A stretch of DNA of 64,000 nucleotides from a phage, in sequence record PQ724393.1; one strand, written 5' to 3'. Below, one piece after another: positions 9,229-18,675 of the stretch. Numbering within the stretch: position 1 is the first letter of the stretch; each line of letters starts with the position of its first letter. The position numbers were made by a program, and so were the translations under genes. The notes below the pieces were generated by a model. The model saw only the letters and a list, made by a program, of their open reading frames with translations. It had not been told where the DNA came from and did not search any database.

Positions 9229-9384
9229 TTAAAGTTCCAGAATGAAGCCCCAACCAGAAATAAAGGCCAACAAATCATAGACGTCAGCCACCAACAAAAG
9301 TCACCGGAATCATCTAATTTAGCTAGAGTCTTAGCATAACCAATACCGATGATAAGATACAAAACGACCAACGATAATTCAATC
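9229..9384 (-). CDS. Hypothetical small membrane peptide (51 aa)
   Basis: ATG overlaps nrdC stop (ATGA); MIELSLVVLYLIIGIGYAK... hydrophobic; below ORF-track cutoff. Confidence 0.35.
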
Positions 9385-9646
9385 ATTTGAAGTATGCTCG
9401 CAGTTGGTCAAAGCCGCCAATAGAAGTTCCGTCCGGAGCAAATACCTGAGGCATAGTCAAACCTACCTGAGATTCACGTCCAAGAGCGGCCAGGAGTTCA
9501 GCAATCTTCTCATCATCAAATACACCTTTTTCAGGCATAACATTGATGAATTCATACGGTTGTTTTTTAACGTCAAGTAGACGTTTTGCATTATCACAGA
9601 AAACACAACGATGAATAGATGAATCATAACCATAAACTTTAAACAT
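9383..9646 (-). CDS. nrdC: Thioredoxin (glutaredoxin-like) NrdC
   Basis: 87 aa MFKVYGYDSSIHRCVFCDNAKRLL..., CxxC motif; very similar to T4 NrdC. Confidence 0.85.
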   Translation of the reverse strand: MFKVYGYDSSIHRCVFCDNAKRLLDVKKQPYEFINVMPEKGVFDDEKIAELLAALGRESQVGLTMPQVFAPDGTSIGGFDQLRAYFK

Positions 9647-9647
9647 T

Positions 9648-9899
9648 TTAAATTCCTAATACTTGTTTGAATGCTTCAGAACGGTCAAGTTCTGTTCCAT
9701 ATTTTTCGAGATGTTCGTATTTTAAATCATACACATCAGATAGTATATTATTATACGAACGAGTTAAAGCAGATTTCAATACTGAATAACTGTCCGGAAA
9801 TTTACCATGCTCTTTATAATAAGCTAGAGTAAGTTCACGAACCGCCTTATCGGCGGCCTCTACATATTCTTTACGCTTTGCCATTTTCGTCTCGCTCAA
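9648..9899 (-). CDS. Hypothetical protein (83 aa)
   Basis: ORF directly upstream of nrdC. Confidence 0.45.
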   Translation of the reverse strand: MSETKMAKRKEYVEAADKAVRELTLAYYKEHGKFPDSYSVLKSALTRSYNNILSDVYDLKYEHLEKYGTELDRSEAFKQVLGI

Positions 9900-10092
9900 A
9901 TTTGTGCTTACAATGACGGCATTTATACTGAAGAGGGTTATGACGCCAATAAGTCAATTGGACCTGTTCAGTTCCACACATAGGACAGTTCGGAACGTTC
10001 TTAGAAGCTTTTTCACGACGTTCGACAATTTTAATAATGGCATTCCAATCAGGAATACTTTGGTCAATATCGTCAGCTAATTGGTATTTCAT
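9871..10092 (-). CDS. Hypothetical zinc-ribbon protein (73 aa)
   Basis: CPMCG...CRHC paired Cys motifs. Confidence 0.45.
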   Translation of the reverse strand: MKYQLADDIDQSIPDWNAIIKIVERREKASKNVPNCPMCGTEQVQLTYWRHNPLQYKCRHCKHKFERDENGKA

Positions 10093-11099
10093 TTCAACAG
10101 CTCCAGAGCTTGTTCAAGACGGTCTAAACGATTGGTAGACTCTTCCCAAAGTTTCTTGGCAGCGGTATATTGCCCGGTCAGTTTTTTGTTAATAGCCAGG
10201 GCATCTTTATATGCTTTTTCTAAGGCAACGACTTCCGGTAACTTGGATTTAGTAATTGGTGTAGGGGCCATGATAGGGCTGTTCAAGTCGTTAATCAAGT
10301 CTTCTAATGTAGCAGGCTCTTTATCAGTATTCACAATTTCCTCACATTTTTCTTGGTAAATTTCAGCGTCAGTTTTTGGAACAGGGCATTTGATTTCGCG
10401 AACTGTTACTAAGACTTCATATCCTTTCCAGCCTAAGTGGTGTTTAACTTCTTGGGTCTCATATTTCTCTACGGTATCCATCAGAGCTAAAGCTTGTTCG
10501 ATAGTATTCAAGGTATCGTAAGCAATATCTTGATACTTTACAACTTCCGCATCATCTTTAGGTTTCCTATTAGGTGACCAAATAACAGAAATAATAGCTT
10601 TTCCTTTATAACTATTTGTTTTAATCATGCAATTAGCCATCGGGTGAATAGTACGACAATCACCGGAAACTATAGTTTTAGAGGCCGCTTTGAGAATTAA
10701 TGCAGAGTTAGCCTTGAATTCGGTAACCCAACGTTGCGGAAATAAACTACTAGGGTCCATACCTTTAATTTTGATATAACCTTTTATGGTATCACCAAAC
10801 CATTTGTAGCTAACAACACGGTTGGAACCTGGATGTTTCTCTTTGCCAAACTCTGAAAGGATGTCCTTATTGACCAGTCGCGAAAGCAGTCGAGAACCTT
10901 TAAATGTTTTAATGATATCATGAATGCACAAACGGCCTGCAATCTTTTCGATTTCAGATTTAAAATACAGTGACAAATCTTCATCAATTTGGTCTACCCA
11001 TTTATTGATATTGGAAACTATCACCTCATACGGGGTTAATGGCGGTGTATTAGCAGTGATATACGTAGTAAAAGCATTGATGTATTCGGTACGGGTCAT
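10089..11099 (-). CDS. Hypothetical protein (336 aa)
   Basis: ATG at 11097-11099 with SD GGAGAATAT immediately downstream of promoter cassette; C-terminal coiled coil. Confidence 0.55.
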   Translation of the reverse strand: MTRTEYINAFTTYITANTPPLTPYEVIVSNINKWVDQIDEDLSLYFKSEIEKIAGRLCIHDIIKTFKGSRLLSRLVNKDILSEFGKEKHPGSNRVVSYKWFGDTIKGYIKIKGMDPSSLFPQRWVTEFKANSALILKAASKTIVSGDCRTIHPMANCMIKTNSYKGKAIISVIWSPNRKPKDDAEVVKYQDIAYDTLNTIEQALALMDTVEKYETQEVKHHLGWKGYEVLVTVREIKCPVPKTDAEIYQEKCEEIVNTDKEPATLEDLINDLNSPIMAPTPITKSKLPEVVALEKAYKDALAINKKLTGQYTAAKKLWEESTNRLDRLEQALELLK

Positions 11100-11158
11100 G
11101 ATATTCTCCTCAGTAGTTGATAAAAGGATTATACTCCATCCGTCCTTGGATGTAAACA
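11100..11158 (-). promoter_or_regulatory. Early promoter / stem-loop cassette (diverged)
   Basis: GTTTACA -35-like box at 11151-11157, SD GGAG, ATG at 11099. Confidence 0.4.
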
Positions 11159-12028
11159 TTATTTTAGAGCTAATAGTGCCGCGCGAAGCTTGTCACGTTG
11201 GGCTTCCATATTCTTGATGCTATTCAGAACGTCTTGAATACTCTTTTTCTCATCTTCAATCTGACCATTTAAACGGTGGATTGATTCCTGAATGCTATCT
11301 GCATAATAGGTCTCAATAGGTTTCATCGTAGGGTTAGTAACCACCAAAGAATTCTCGGGTTTAATTTTCCAATGATACGGTTCAGAATTGAATGGGCCTG
11401 GCACAGCGGTGGTTTTGAATTTGTCATAAGTAGCATACTGACCTACAGGCCCATATGACGCAGTGGAGATTCGACGTTCCATTTGTGGTTCCTTTTGTTG
11501 TGGTTGATAAGGGGCATAAGACAAAAGATATTCACGAGTTAGTTTAACATTAAAATACACTGCATCAGCCCGTCCAGAACAATCAGCATATTCATCTGTT
11601 GTAACCTTATATGATTCTACAGCCTTAATACGAGTCATTGCCTCTCTGAATAAGGTTTCGAATGCTTCACGAATGGCCTTATTGCCTTTTGAGGTAGGAC
11701 GGAAACGAACTTGAATACCGTCAGGCAGAATATTAATGACTAGGTTACGAGCCGTAAAATTAATATTCTTGATATTAACAGGAACCGTAGAAATACGTCC
11801 TGCAGTAGCCAAGAGGTCTTTGATATTAGCTCGTAATGTTGCACCGAACAGGTGGGCCGGGCAACGGCAATAATCGTTCAAAGAACTAATATAAGTCCCT
11901 TTACGTCCTACACCATAAGTATAATTACCATTACAAATATGACCAAAGTCTGCTAACCGGTCAATAGCGATACGACGAGTAGTGTCATGGTCGTATATAG
12001 AGTATTCTTTACGTGTTTTAATGTTCAT
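11159..12028 (-). CDS. Hypothetical protein (~289 aa)
   Basis: Long ORF; start taken at MNIKTRKEY. Confidence 0.5.
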   Translation of the reverse strand: MNIKTRKEYSIYDHDTTRRIAIDRLADFGHICNGNYTYGVGRKGTYISSLNDYCRCPAHLFGATLRANIKDLLATAGRISTVPVNIKNINFTARNLVINILPDGIQVRFRPTSKGNKAIREAFETLFREAMTRIKAVESYKVTTDEYADCSGRADAVYFNVKLTREYLLSYAPYQPQQKEPQMERRISTASYGPVGQYATYDKFKTTAVPGPFNSEPYHWKIKPENSLVVTNPTMKPIETYYADSIQESIHRLNGQIEDEKKSIQDVLNSIKNMEAQRDKLRAALLALK

Positions 12029-12029
12029 A

Positions 12030-12230
12030 TTAAAGTCCAAATAATTTTTCATAGAGTTTAGCTAAAGGCCAAGTCACAATAGAAACTATTCCAAATAAAG
12101 CAAGCACTGGCCAAATAAAGGTAGCGAATACTGCTTCGCCACCTGAGCTAATTTCCATATGTTTGCGGCCAATCAGAACAGTAATGAATCCTAATGCAAG
12201 GTACAGAAGAATAAAACCTGCGATTTCCAT
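12030..12230 (-). CDS. Hypothetical small membrane protein (66 aa)
   Basis: Two hydrophobic segments. Confidence 0.45.
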   Translation of the reverse strand: MEIAGFILLYLALGFITVLIGRKHMEISSGGEAVFATFIWPVLALFGIVSIVTWPLAKLYEKLFGL

Positions 12231-12232
12231 AA

Positions 12233-13078
12233 TTAATCCTTAAGAAGATTTAGGATATCGATATATTTCTGGCGTTCAGCCTTAGCTTTGGCATTCAGAC
12301 CAGAGAGTCGGAAAATCTCATCATCTTGTTGTTGAATTGTAACATTCAAGCAAGTAAGCAAATTGCTAAAATACTCGATTTGAGCTTGGTGTTTCTCATT
12401 GCTGCGCACCGGTACAGGTTCCGGTTTAGGAGCTTGTTCTGAAGGCTCTTCAGCCAGGTCTTTAATTTTATAAAGTTTAATACGCTGACCCACTCCAGTT
12501 TCGGCATCACCGAAACTAAGAACACCGTGCTGTTCTAATTCAGACAAGGCCAATCGGAGATGGAACTTCCAGTTGTCGTATTGACACCCACTGTAATGGG
12601 AAATAGTATACTCATTTTCATTTCTGGGGTGGTTAACAATACTAAAGATAATCCAATCACCTGAACCATTAGTCTTAAAGGTCATTTGTTTATCTTGACC
12701 TTTTGCAAGTCGAGCACCAAGAGCCAGTAGACGTCGTTGGTTGGCATGAAGGTCTTGAACAACTTCGTCAAATGACATCGCCGGGATTAAACGACCATAG
12801 AGGTCGTAGCCTTTGTTATAATTTTTAAGAATAATTTTGGCATTAGCACGAGACAACATACCTGTTTTACGAAGAGTTTTCATGACTCGGTCTTCTAACG
12901 TAAACGAACCTTTAGTCTTGTCAAAGATTTTAGTGAAGTCATCTTTAACAGTACAAACGTTGAACTTGTCCCACATCATATATAGAACCTTTTCAACTAC
13001 TTCTTTAGAACTCGGAATACGACCAAATTTAACAACTTTTTTAACTTCAGAACGAATTTGATTAATTGCCTGTGACAT
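12233..13078 (-). CDS. Hypothetical protein (281 aa), N-terminus MSQAI
   Basis: Long ORF; SD GAGGAAATTATT; preceded by TGGTATAATGG extended -10. Confidence 0.55.
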   Translation of the reverse strand: MSQAINQIRSEVKKVVKFGRIPSSKEVVEKVLYMMWDKFNVCTVKDDFTKIFDKTKGSFTLEDRVMKTLRKTGMLSRANAKIILKNYNKGYDLYGRLIPAMSFDEVVQDLHANQRRLLALGARLAKGQDKQMTFKTNGSGDWIIFSIVNHPRNENEYTISHYSGCQYDNWKFHLRLALSELEQHGVLSFGDAETGVGQRIKLYKIKDLAEEPSEQAPKPEPVPVRSNEKHQAQIEYFSNLLTCLNVTIQQQDDEIFRLSGLNAKAKAERQKYIDILNLLKD

Positions 13079-13141
13079 AATAATTTCCTCAGTAAGTAAT
13101 TAAGAACCTAGAACCATTATACCATCCTTGGTATAAAGCGT
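13079..13141 (-). promoter_or_regulatory. Candidate promoter (extended -10; possible MotA-type middle promoter)
   Basis: Coding strand CGCTTTA (near MotA box TGCTTTA) 12 nt upstream of TGGTATAAT. Confidence 0.35.
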
Positions 13142-13666
13142 TTATGCGAGAACCGTCTTTAAACGCTCTTCAAATTTCTGAAGCAGAGCTTGGCGTTCAG
13201 CTCGTTGTGATTTGTACTGCTCGATACGACCTGAAGTGAGGGCGTACTGTTCGTTTACTGATTCCCGCATGAATTCAGGAATCTCTTTACAAGCTTTGAT
13301 TTCGTCAAACTTATCAATAACAGCTTGTTGTTCAGCAATCAGATTATCGAAATAAGCGATATCAGATTTAACGTTTGCCAGGTCGGATTCAGTAGGCATT
13401 AAACGTTTGTTACGTTCAGCTTGATAAGCTTGATTGGTTTCACGACTCCAGTGAAGAGTACGTTTTTTGTTAGTGTTTTTATAGAGCTCTACAATACCAA
13501 CTGAATCGATGACTGCAATCCAGTTCCAACGGCTTTTGTAAATCTCTCCTCCAGATACGGTAATCTCATTACCACAAGCAACATCGTTAAAGAACTTGCT
13601 TTGTTTTTCAGATTTGAAATTACCGTTGTTGAAATTAATCAGTGAAAAAATATCTTTAGCGTTCAT
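13142..13666 (-). CDS. Hypothetical protein (174 aa)
   Basis: ORF directly downstream of promoter cassette 13667-13722. Confidence 0.55.
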   Translation of the reverse strand: MNAKDIFSLINFNNGNFKSEKQSKFFNDVACGNEITVSGGEIYKSRWNWIAVIDSVGIVELYKNTNKKRTLHWSRETNQAYQAERNKRLMPTESDLANVKSDIAYFDNLIAEQQAVIDKFDEIKACKEIPEFMRESVNEQYALTSGRIEQYKSQRAERQALLQKFEERLKTVLA

Positions 13667-13722
13667 GATAACCTCCAGTAGTTGATAGGTCTATAGTATC
13701 ATTTCTACTGGAGATGTAAACA
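13667..13722 (-). promoter_or_regulatory. Early promoter / stem-loop cassette
   Basis: GTTTACA-N17-TACTAT; stem CTCCAGTAG/CTACTGGAG with compensatory change relative to copy at 23430; SD GGAG in 3' arm. Confidence 0.55.
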
Positions 13723-13723
13723 A

Positions 13724-14065
13724 CTAATAAAAACTTTTTTCACCTGCTTGCCCACTAAACCATGCGGATTGAGTGTTCTCTTTCCGTTGGTGTTTAATAC
13801 GAATAAGGTATTCGTTCCTGATGGCGCAGAGTTCATCTCTGAAGTCGACTGCCAACTTAACCTGCTTACGGTCTAGATTTATTAAGGCCTGCGTCTTCGC
13901 GGCCAAGGCCAGTCTCTTGTAGTCTCCTTCTTCACAATCGGTTTTGTAAACCTTCTCGGCGAATTGGTGTTTAAATTCATTATCATAGTCTTCAATAGAC
14001 TGTTTCATGGCATTAGAGTATTTCAACTCTGCTTTTATAAGGTCATAACTAAATTGTTCGAACAT
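13724..14065 (-). CDS. Hypothetical protein (113 aa)
   Basis: ORF. Confidence 0.5.
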   Translation of the reverse strand: MFEQFSYDLIKAELKYSNAMKQSIEDYDNEFKHQFAEKVYKTDCEEGDYKRLALAAKTQALINLDRKQVKLAVDFRDELCAIRNEYLIRIKHQRKENTQSAWFSGQAGEKSFY

Positions 14066-14075
14066 AATTTCACCT

Positions 14076-15056
14076 TTATTTCAGAAGTGTAACTTCAGCG
14101 ATTTCGCTCCAGTCATTTTTATCGGTGGCAATGAAGTCCGCCAGATAAAGAGCCGTACGTAATGATACGTTACGAAGACGAGATACATTGGCCTTCATCC
14201 AGGACAGTGCTTGATAAGTCTCAGCATCAGTCAGACCTCGATTTTGCAACATATCAGTGGAAAGGATAACGTCTTCAACACGAACCATAATCTCTTCGTT
14301 AGAGTGAACTCCGAGGTCTAAGTAAACTGAACGAGATACTAAAGCCTGGAGGTGTGGAGCAAGTTTAGTGCCACGTTCTAATTCACGGTCAATATCAACG
14401 TTGGTGATGAACACGATGGTGCCTTCATATTCGAATTCTTTATCGATATTTTTATCATCGAGGTAAGAACTTGAAGTGCTCCAGCACACCTTACGTTTTT
14501 CACCGGTATCCAATGCCGCTTTTAACAGGTTCAGGATATCCATATCAGAGAATACATCGACATCATCGATAAGAAGAACACTATTAGGGCCGCGGTTATT
14601 CCAAAGCTGCTCGTAAAGACCGATTCCACTAATCTTTCCGTTGATTGATTTATATTCGATAGTTTCATTTTCGTGGGCATTCTGTAATGCTTTATCCAAA
14701 GAATACGTTTTACCAATACCTGCGGCACCAGAGATGATAAGGGAACGAATTTTACCATCGATGATTCCGTTAGTCATCATGTTCATTACTTTAAAACGTT
14801 TGTTGATGCGATGCTTCATTTCTTCAGCGGATTCAGTAACCATTGCAGGAGCTTCAGCACCTTCCATTTCAACATCACATTTGAACACCCATATACCACG
14901 TTCAACACCATCAATCTGTACGAATACCTTACCATCACCGAGGTGAGCTTCGGATTCATGAATTTTGTTAGGGAACCAGGTTTTACCTGAACTCATGAAC
15001 GTACCAGAGATTTCATTACCGCGATAGATACCTTTGTTGATTTTGATAGTTAACAT
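14076..15056 (-). CDS. AAA+/P-loop ATPase-like protein (326 aa)
   Basis: Walker A GAAGIGKT, Walker B VLLIDDVD; start set to ATG 15054-15056 with SD GGAGAATAT (the ORF-track N-terminal extension overlaps the promoter). Confidence 0.6.
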   Translation of the reverse strand: MLTIKINKGIYRGNEISGTFMSSGKTWFPNKIHESEAHLGDGKVFVQIDGVERGIWVFKCDVEMEGAEAPAMVTESAEEMKHRINKRFKVMNMMTNGIIDGKIRSLIISGAAGIGKTYSLDKALQNAHENETIEYKSINGKISGIGLYEQLWNNRGPNSVLLIDDVDVFSDMDILNLLKAALDTGEKRKVCWSTSSSYLDDKNIDKEFEYEGTIVFITNVDIDRELERGTKLAPHLQALVSRSVYLDLGVHSNEEIMVRVEDVILSTDMLQNRGLTDAETYQALSWMKANVSRLRNVSLRTALYLADFIATDKNDWSEIAEVTLLK

Positions 15057-15124
15057 TATATTCTCCGTTTCACTCAGTAGATTTGATAGGTCCATAATAA
15101 CATGCTCTACGAGGTTGTAAACAC
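15057..15124 (-). promoter_or_regulatory. Early promoter / stem-loop cassette
   Basis: GTTTACA at 15116-15122 on coding strand, conserved core, SD, ATG 15056. Confidence 0.5.
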
Positions 15125-15140
15125 TTTTTTGCACTAAACC

Positions 15141-15163
15141 CAAAAAAGGACCCCGAAGGGTCC
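15141..15163 (-). terminator. Rho-independent terminator (minus strand)
   Basis: GGACCC-CGAA-GGGTCC hairpin at 15148-15163 followed on the minus strand by a U6 run. Confidence 0.7.
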
Positions 15164-15387
15164 TAAATTGCGCTCCAATAATTATGGAAGCGGATATTAT
15201 TGATAGCCCAGTTAATACAACGTCTTATCTGCTTAGTCGTAGGCTTGCATACGTACTTGAAATTGATTCTTCTACCGGTTTCTCTACAAACTACTTCAAG
15301 ATACCAACGACAGGTTTTATGAGGTCTTCCATATGACAGGAAAACCTTGATTTCTTCTTTAACGGTAATAAGAGTTGTGGTTGTCAA
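15163..15387 (-). CDS. Hypothetical Cys/Arg-rich small protein (74 aa), doubtful
   Basis: ORF with TTG start, overlaps 3' end of upstream gene and the terminator. Confidence 0.25.
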   Translation of the reverse strand: MTTTTLITVKEEIKVFLSYGRPHKTCRWYLEVVCRETGRRINFKYVCKPTTKQIRRCINWAINNIRFHNYWSAI

Positions 15388-16369
15388 GATACACCTCTTC
15401 GACGAACTTGTCCCAGAACTTCATGTCCACCTTCGCAGGCATACCGTTCTTAGCAGCCCAGATGGCATTGGTTTCGACTTCGTCTACAATAGCTTCAAGT
15501 TCGGCCTGCACATCTTTAAAAGCATGTAACCCCTGTTTGATTTCAAGGATAAATGGCGCAGTACGTAAAGGGTATTGAAGGTCACCAGTTTGATAGATTT
15601 CCTTCAACTGGTATCCGGCCCTATAAGCATGACTCAGAGCTTTCCAGTCAATACCTTCATTGGCTTCTGCCTTACGAGCACGTTCACCATATTCGGCGTC
15701 AAGCTTATTCAGAGATTGCTTGAGCTCGATTAATGACAAAGTAGTCTGATATTTACGTCCGAGAACAGTATAGAACGTTTGTGGGCCTGTTTTCTCATGG
15801 TTATGGAATACCCATTCACAGAATTCGTTTTCAGGGAGCCGATGTTTGATATCTTCTACCTTAGTGCGACGAAGACGGTCCGGAATTCCTTCTTGATAAT
15901 CAACCCATTGTTCAGGAATCTGGTTGACTATTGCCAATACACCACGCAGAGCAGCCAGTCGAGAACCTTTAACACCATATTTGGAAGCTTGCTTGCGGAC
16001 ATACCCTAAATAGGCTTTCATGTTGGTTGTATAGAACCGTGAACGGTTGTCTTGGATAAATTTCCATACGTCAGGTAAATCGGATTTGACAACCAGGTCA
16101 GCCGGTGTGTGAATCATGTCCAGGGCAACGGTTTCGCCATCGGCTGCCAGTTTAAAGAAATATTTCAGACTATAAAGTTCATGGTCAACATCATCTTTTG
16201 TATTTTTGGTAGCCGTGTTATTCGTGTTCAGGTTTGTATGGTTCATAGCCGTACCTAACAGAATATCACGCGGATGTGGAACAAAGATTTCTTTAAAATC
16301 GATATCAGATTCCGGAGTACTTGTTCCATAAAGGTGGGAGCCAAAATATCCCTTCATAACTGTTCTCAT
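15359..16369 (-). CDS. Nucleotidyltransferase-fold protein (336 aa)
   Basis: N-terminal GSHLYGTSTPESDIDF fits the Pol-beta NTase signature GS-x(9-13)-DxD. Confidence 0.55.
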   Translation of the reverse strand: MRTVMKGYFGSHLYGTSTPESDIDFKEIFVPHPRDILLGTAMNHTNLNTNNTATKNTKDDVDHELYSLKYFFKLAADGETVALDMIHTPADLVVKSDLPDVWKFIQDNRSRFYTTNMKAYLGYVRKQASKYGVKGSRLAALRGVLAIVNQIPEQWVDYQEGIPDRLRRTKVEDIKHRLPENEFCEWVFHNHEKTGPQTFYTVLGRKYQTTLSLIELKQSLNKLDAEYGERARKAEANEGIDWKALSHAYRAGYQLKEIYQTGDLQYPLRTAPFILEIKQGLHAFKDVQAELEAIVDEVETNAIWAAKNGMPAKVDMKFWDKFVEEVYLDNHNSYYR

Positions 16370-17133
16370 TATTCACCTCTTTCATAGTCTTCAATAAATT
16401 GCATAATTAAACGTTGATAGTTGGATTTGGGATATCCTAATTTACTAATATAGGTTCCGAAAGCTCCACGCTTAGGCCTATTTAATTTAACCCATAAAGA
16501 ATAAAGCAAATCATAATCTTGCCAATGTTTCCCTATTCTTTGCTTTGCTTTAGAAGCATCAGATTGCCTCTTTTTAGTCTCTGGATTATTTAGAGATTTC
16601 TTAACAGCATTCGAATGCCTTTCTCTAACATCAGGGCGTTTAAATGCTTCTTTAATAGCTTTAGAAATTTTCTCTTTAACTTCAGGACGGTTTTGAGCTT
16701 CTATTTGAGCCGCCGACATTTTATCTTTTATTTCTGGTAGACTCATAGTTATAGAACGTTTATTTCTATATTCTTCAGTCTTCCATATTTCTTTCATCGT
16801 ATTTGAGTGAATTTCTGAAAATTTTTCTCTAACTAATTGATACCCTCTAGAAGTTAGTTTAAGATTTCTTCCTAAAGAATCCTCGCCAAAGTTATAAAAT
16901 GACCACCAGGCATAAATTAATCCTGAAGAATCAGAATGAATTCTAGCTAGAAGCCAGTGTGCTATAAAATGTTCTCTAGCTGTCAACAGAACCAAATTAT
17001 TAGGTTCATCACTCCCGCCAATACATGACGGGATTATATGATGGGACTCTGTATAAAAATTTAATTTGGATTTGTCTAATCCTCTAAGTTTACCTCTTTG
17101 GATTAGACTATCATAAAGCTTGGTATAATTCAT
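16369..17133 (-). mobile_element. HNH homing endonuclease (Mob/Seg-like), free-standing mobile gene
   Basis: HHIIPSCIGGSDEPNNLVLLTAREHFIAHW HNH motif, C-terminal repeated basic DNA-binding motifs, AT-rich sequence; start at ATG 17131-17133. Confidence 0.65.
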
Positions 17134-17591
17134 TATGGATTTGTTTTGTCCTCGAAGTGGATTACAGGACACATCTTAGATTTACGAGCTTTAATGTATT
17201 GAATAACGATATTTTCTTTAGTTTCTCGGCCTTCACGCTCAGCTTGAATACGTTGCCATTCCTTTTCTTCTCTACGGGCATCATACCATGCGTGTAAATT
17301 CATCGCACCAAATGCCAAACCGATGGATAGTGCAATAATAAGAGCTATTACAATCAACCCTAAAACAAACCCTAGACTCAACAGAACAGGAGTACTTAAT
17401 ACAAAGAAATGCTCTAATACACCAGCTCCTGCAACAGTTAATCCAAAAAGCGTACTACCTGCAACAACAGCACAAGCAAAACAAGCCCAAATCATTTTCC
17501 AGAAATATGCACATAAAGAGTGTGGTCGAGAATGGCTGTCATAAAAACGGTCGTGTAATTTAACGTGCCAAGAGTTTGAATTGATAATCAT
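17133..17591 (-). CDS. Hypothetical polytopic membrane protein (152 aa)
   Basis: Several hydrophobic helices. Confidence 0.5.
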   Translation of the reverse strand: MIINSNSWHVKLHDRFYDSHSRPHSLCAYFWKMIWACFACAVVAGSTLFGLTVAGAGVLEHFFVLSTPVLLSLGFVLGLIVIALIIALSIGLAFGAMNLHAWYDARREEKEWQRIQAEREGRETKENIVIQYIKARKSKMCPVIHFEDKTNP

Positions 17592-17601
17592 AATATTTTC
17601 C

Positions 17602-18162
17602 TTAAGAGTTCATAGTTGGGATAACAGAGTTCAGATAAGAGACTAAAGCCTTAAGCTCGTCCTTAGTAAATACCACTTCATTTTCACCGTCATGTCTTTG
17701 GACAATGGACAACAAATCACGACCCTGATGTTGATACACGGATAATTCGGTATCATAATCCAGTTCTTCTTCATCACCTTCAAATGTTTCACTAGAACGA
17801 ATTACAGCATCTTGTCCAGGGACTTTCCATTCAACTTCTGGCTTGCATTCTTCCTGGAAGAGTTTGAAAATACATTTAAAGAAATTACTAGAATCGCTAA
17901 TGCTTAGGCATTCCGTATCAGTTTCGATATTAAACCCGTTGTCATGGTTATAAATCTGGGCCCACATATCATCATTAATATCAAATACACCTCTAAAACT
18001 ACCATTAAGATATTCGTGTTTGTCCAAAACCTTTAAATCGTAAAGTGGTTTGATATCTTGGATAGTCAGTACGATTTTATCGTCTTCTTGTGAAAGCACA
18101 ATTGCATTATCAACTACTTCAGCGGTCAGGTCACCAAACAGCCCAGATGTTTCAATAATCAT
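17602..18162 (-). CDS. Hypothetical acidic protein (186 aa)
   Basis: ORF; Asp/Glu-rich. Confidence 0.5.
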   Translation of the reverse strand: MIIETSGLFGDLTAEVVDNAIVLSQEDDKIVLTIQDIKPLYDLKVLDKHEYLNGSFRGVFDINDDMWAQIYNHDNGFNIETDTECLSISDSSNFFKCIFKLFQEECKPEVEWKVPGQDAVIRSSETFEGDEEELDYDTELSVYQHQGRDLLSIVQRHDGENEVVFTKDELKALVSYLNSVIPTMNS

Positions 18163-18172
18163 TTTCCGTTCC

Positions 18173-18355
18173 TCATTTCACATTTTGTTTAATAAAATTT
18201 AACAACTCTTTAAGAGCTTCATCTTCTTCTTTAGAAAGCCTGCTGCATTCACTAGCTGGGTAATCATTGCAAAACGCAGTTTCAAATCTAGCAACTGTAC
18301 CTGCATAGGCCTCGATAAGCTCTTCAAGCTTTAAATGCTTTTCTTCGGTTTTCAT
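18173..18355 (-). CDS. Hypothetical protein (60 aa)
   Basis: ORF. Confidence 0.4.
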   Translation of the reverse strand: MKTEEKHLKLEELIEAYAGTVARFETAFCNDYPASECSRLSKEEDEALKELLNFIKQNVK

Positions 18356-18358
18356 AAA

Positions 18359-18625
18359 TCACCGGTTATGTTTTAAAATACTATAAAGCTCTTCGACCTG
18401 GCTCGCATTCAGACAAATCATATCATTTTCTTGTTGGAGCGTAATTCCACCTTTTTCTTCCCAATCTTTAACAAAGATGTCATCGTCAGATTCTTCAACA
18501 TCTGCCAAGAGGACAATAATACCGTCTTCAGAATTACCACTTGGGTCGTATAACATTACAGTTTCCTCGCTAACCATGAAAAGAATAAACCAATTAAAAC
18601 AGGCCCTATAAGCATTGTTAACCAA
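18359..18625 (-). CDS. Hypothetical protein (88 aa)
   Basis: ORF. Confidence 0.4.
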   Translation of the reverse strand: MVNNAYRACFNWFILFMVSEETVMLYDPSGNSEDGIIVLLADVEESDDDIFVKDWEEKGGITLQQENDMICLNASQVEELYSILKHNR

Positions 18626-18675
18626 GCCCAGGGTTCTAAGTAATAAATCATCTCATACTCCTGTGCCATCAGCCA

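Noticed and set aside
11100-11159. N-terminal 20 codons of the ORF-track call 10089-11159
   Set aside because: The extension overlaps the promoter cassette and the upstream gene stop; ATG at 11099 has a good Shine-Dalgarno.
14641-14946. Plus-strand 101-aa ORF inside the AAA+ ATPase gene
   Set aside because: Antisense shadow ORF; minus-strand frame carries the Walker motifs.
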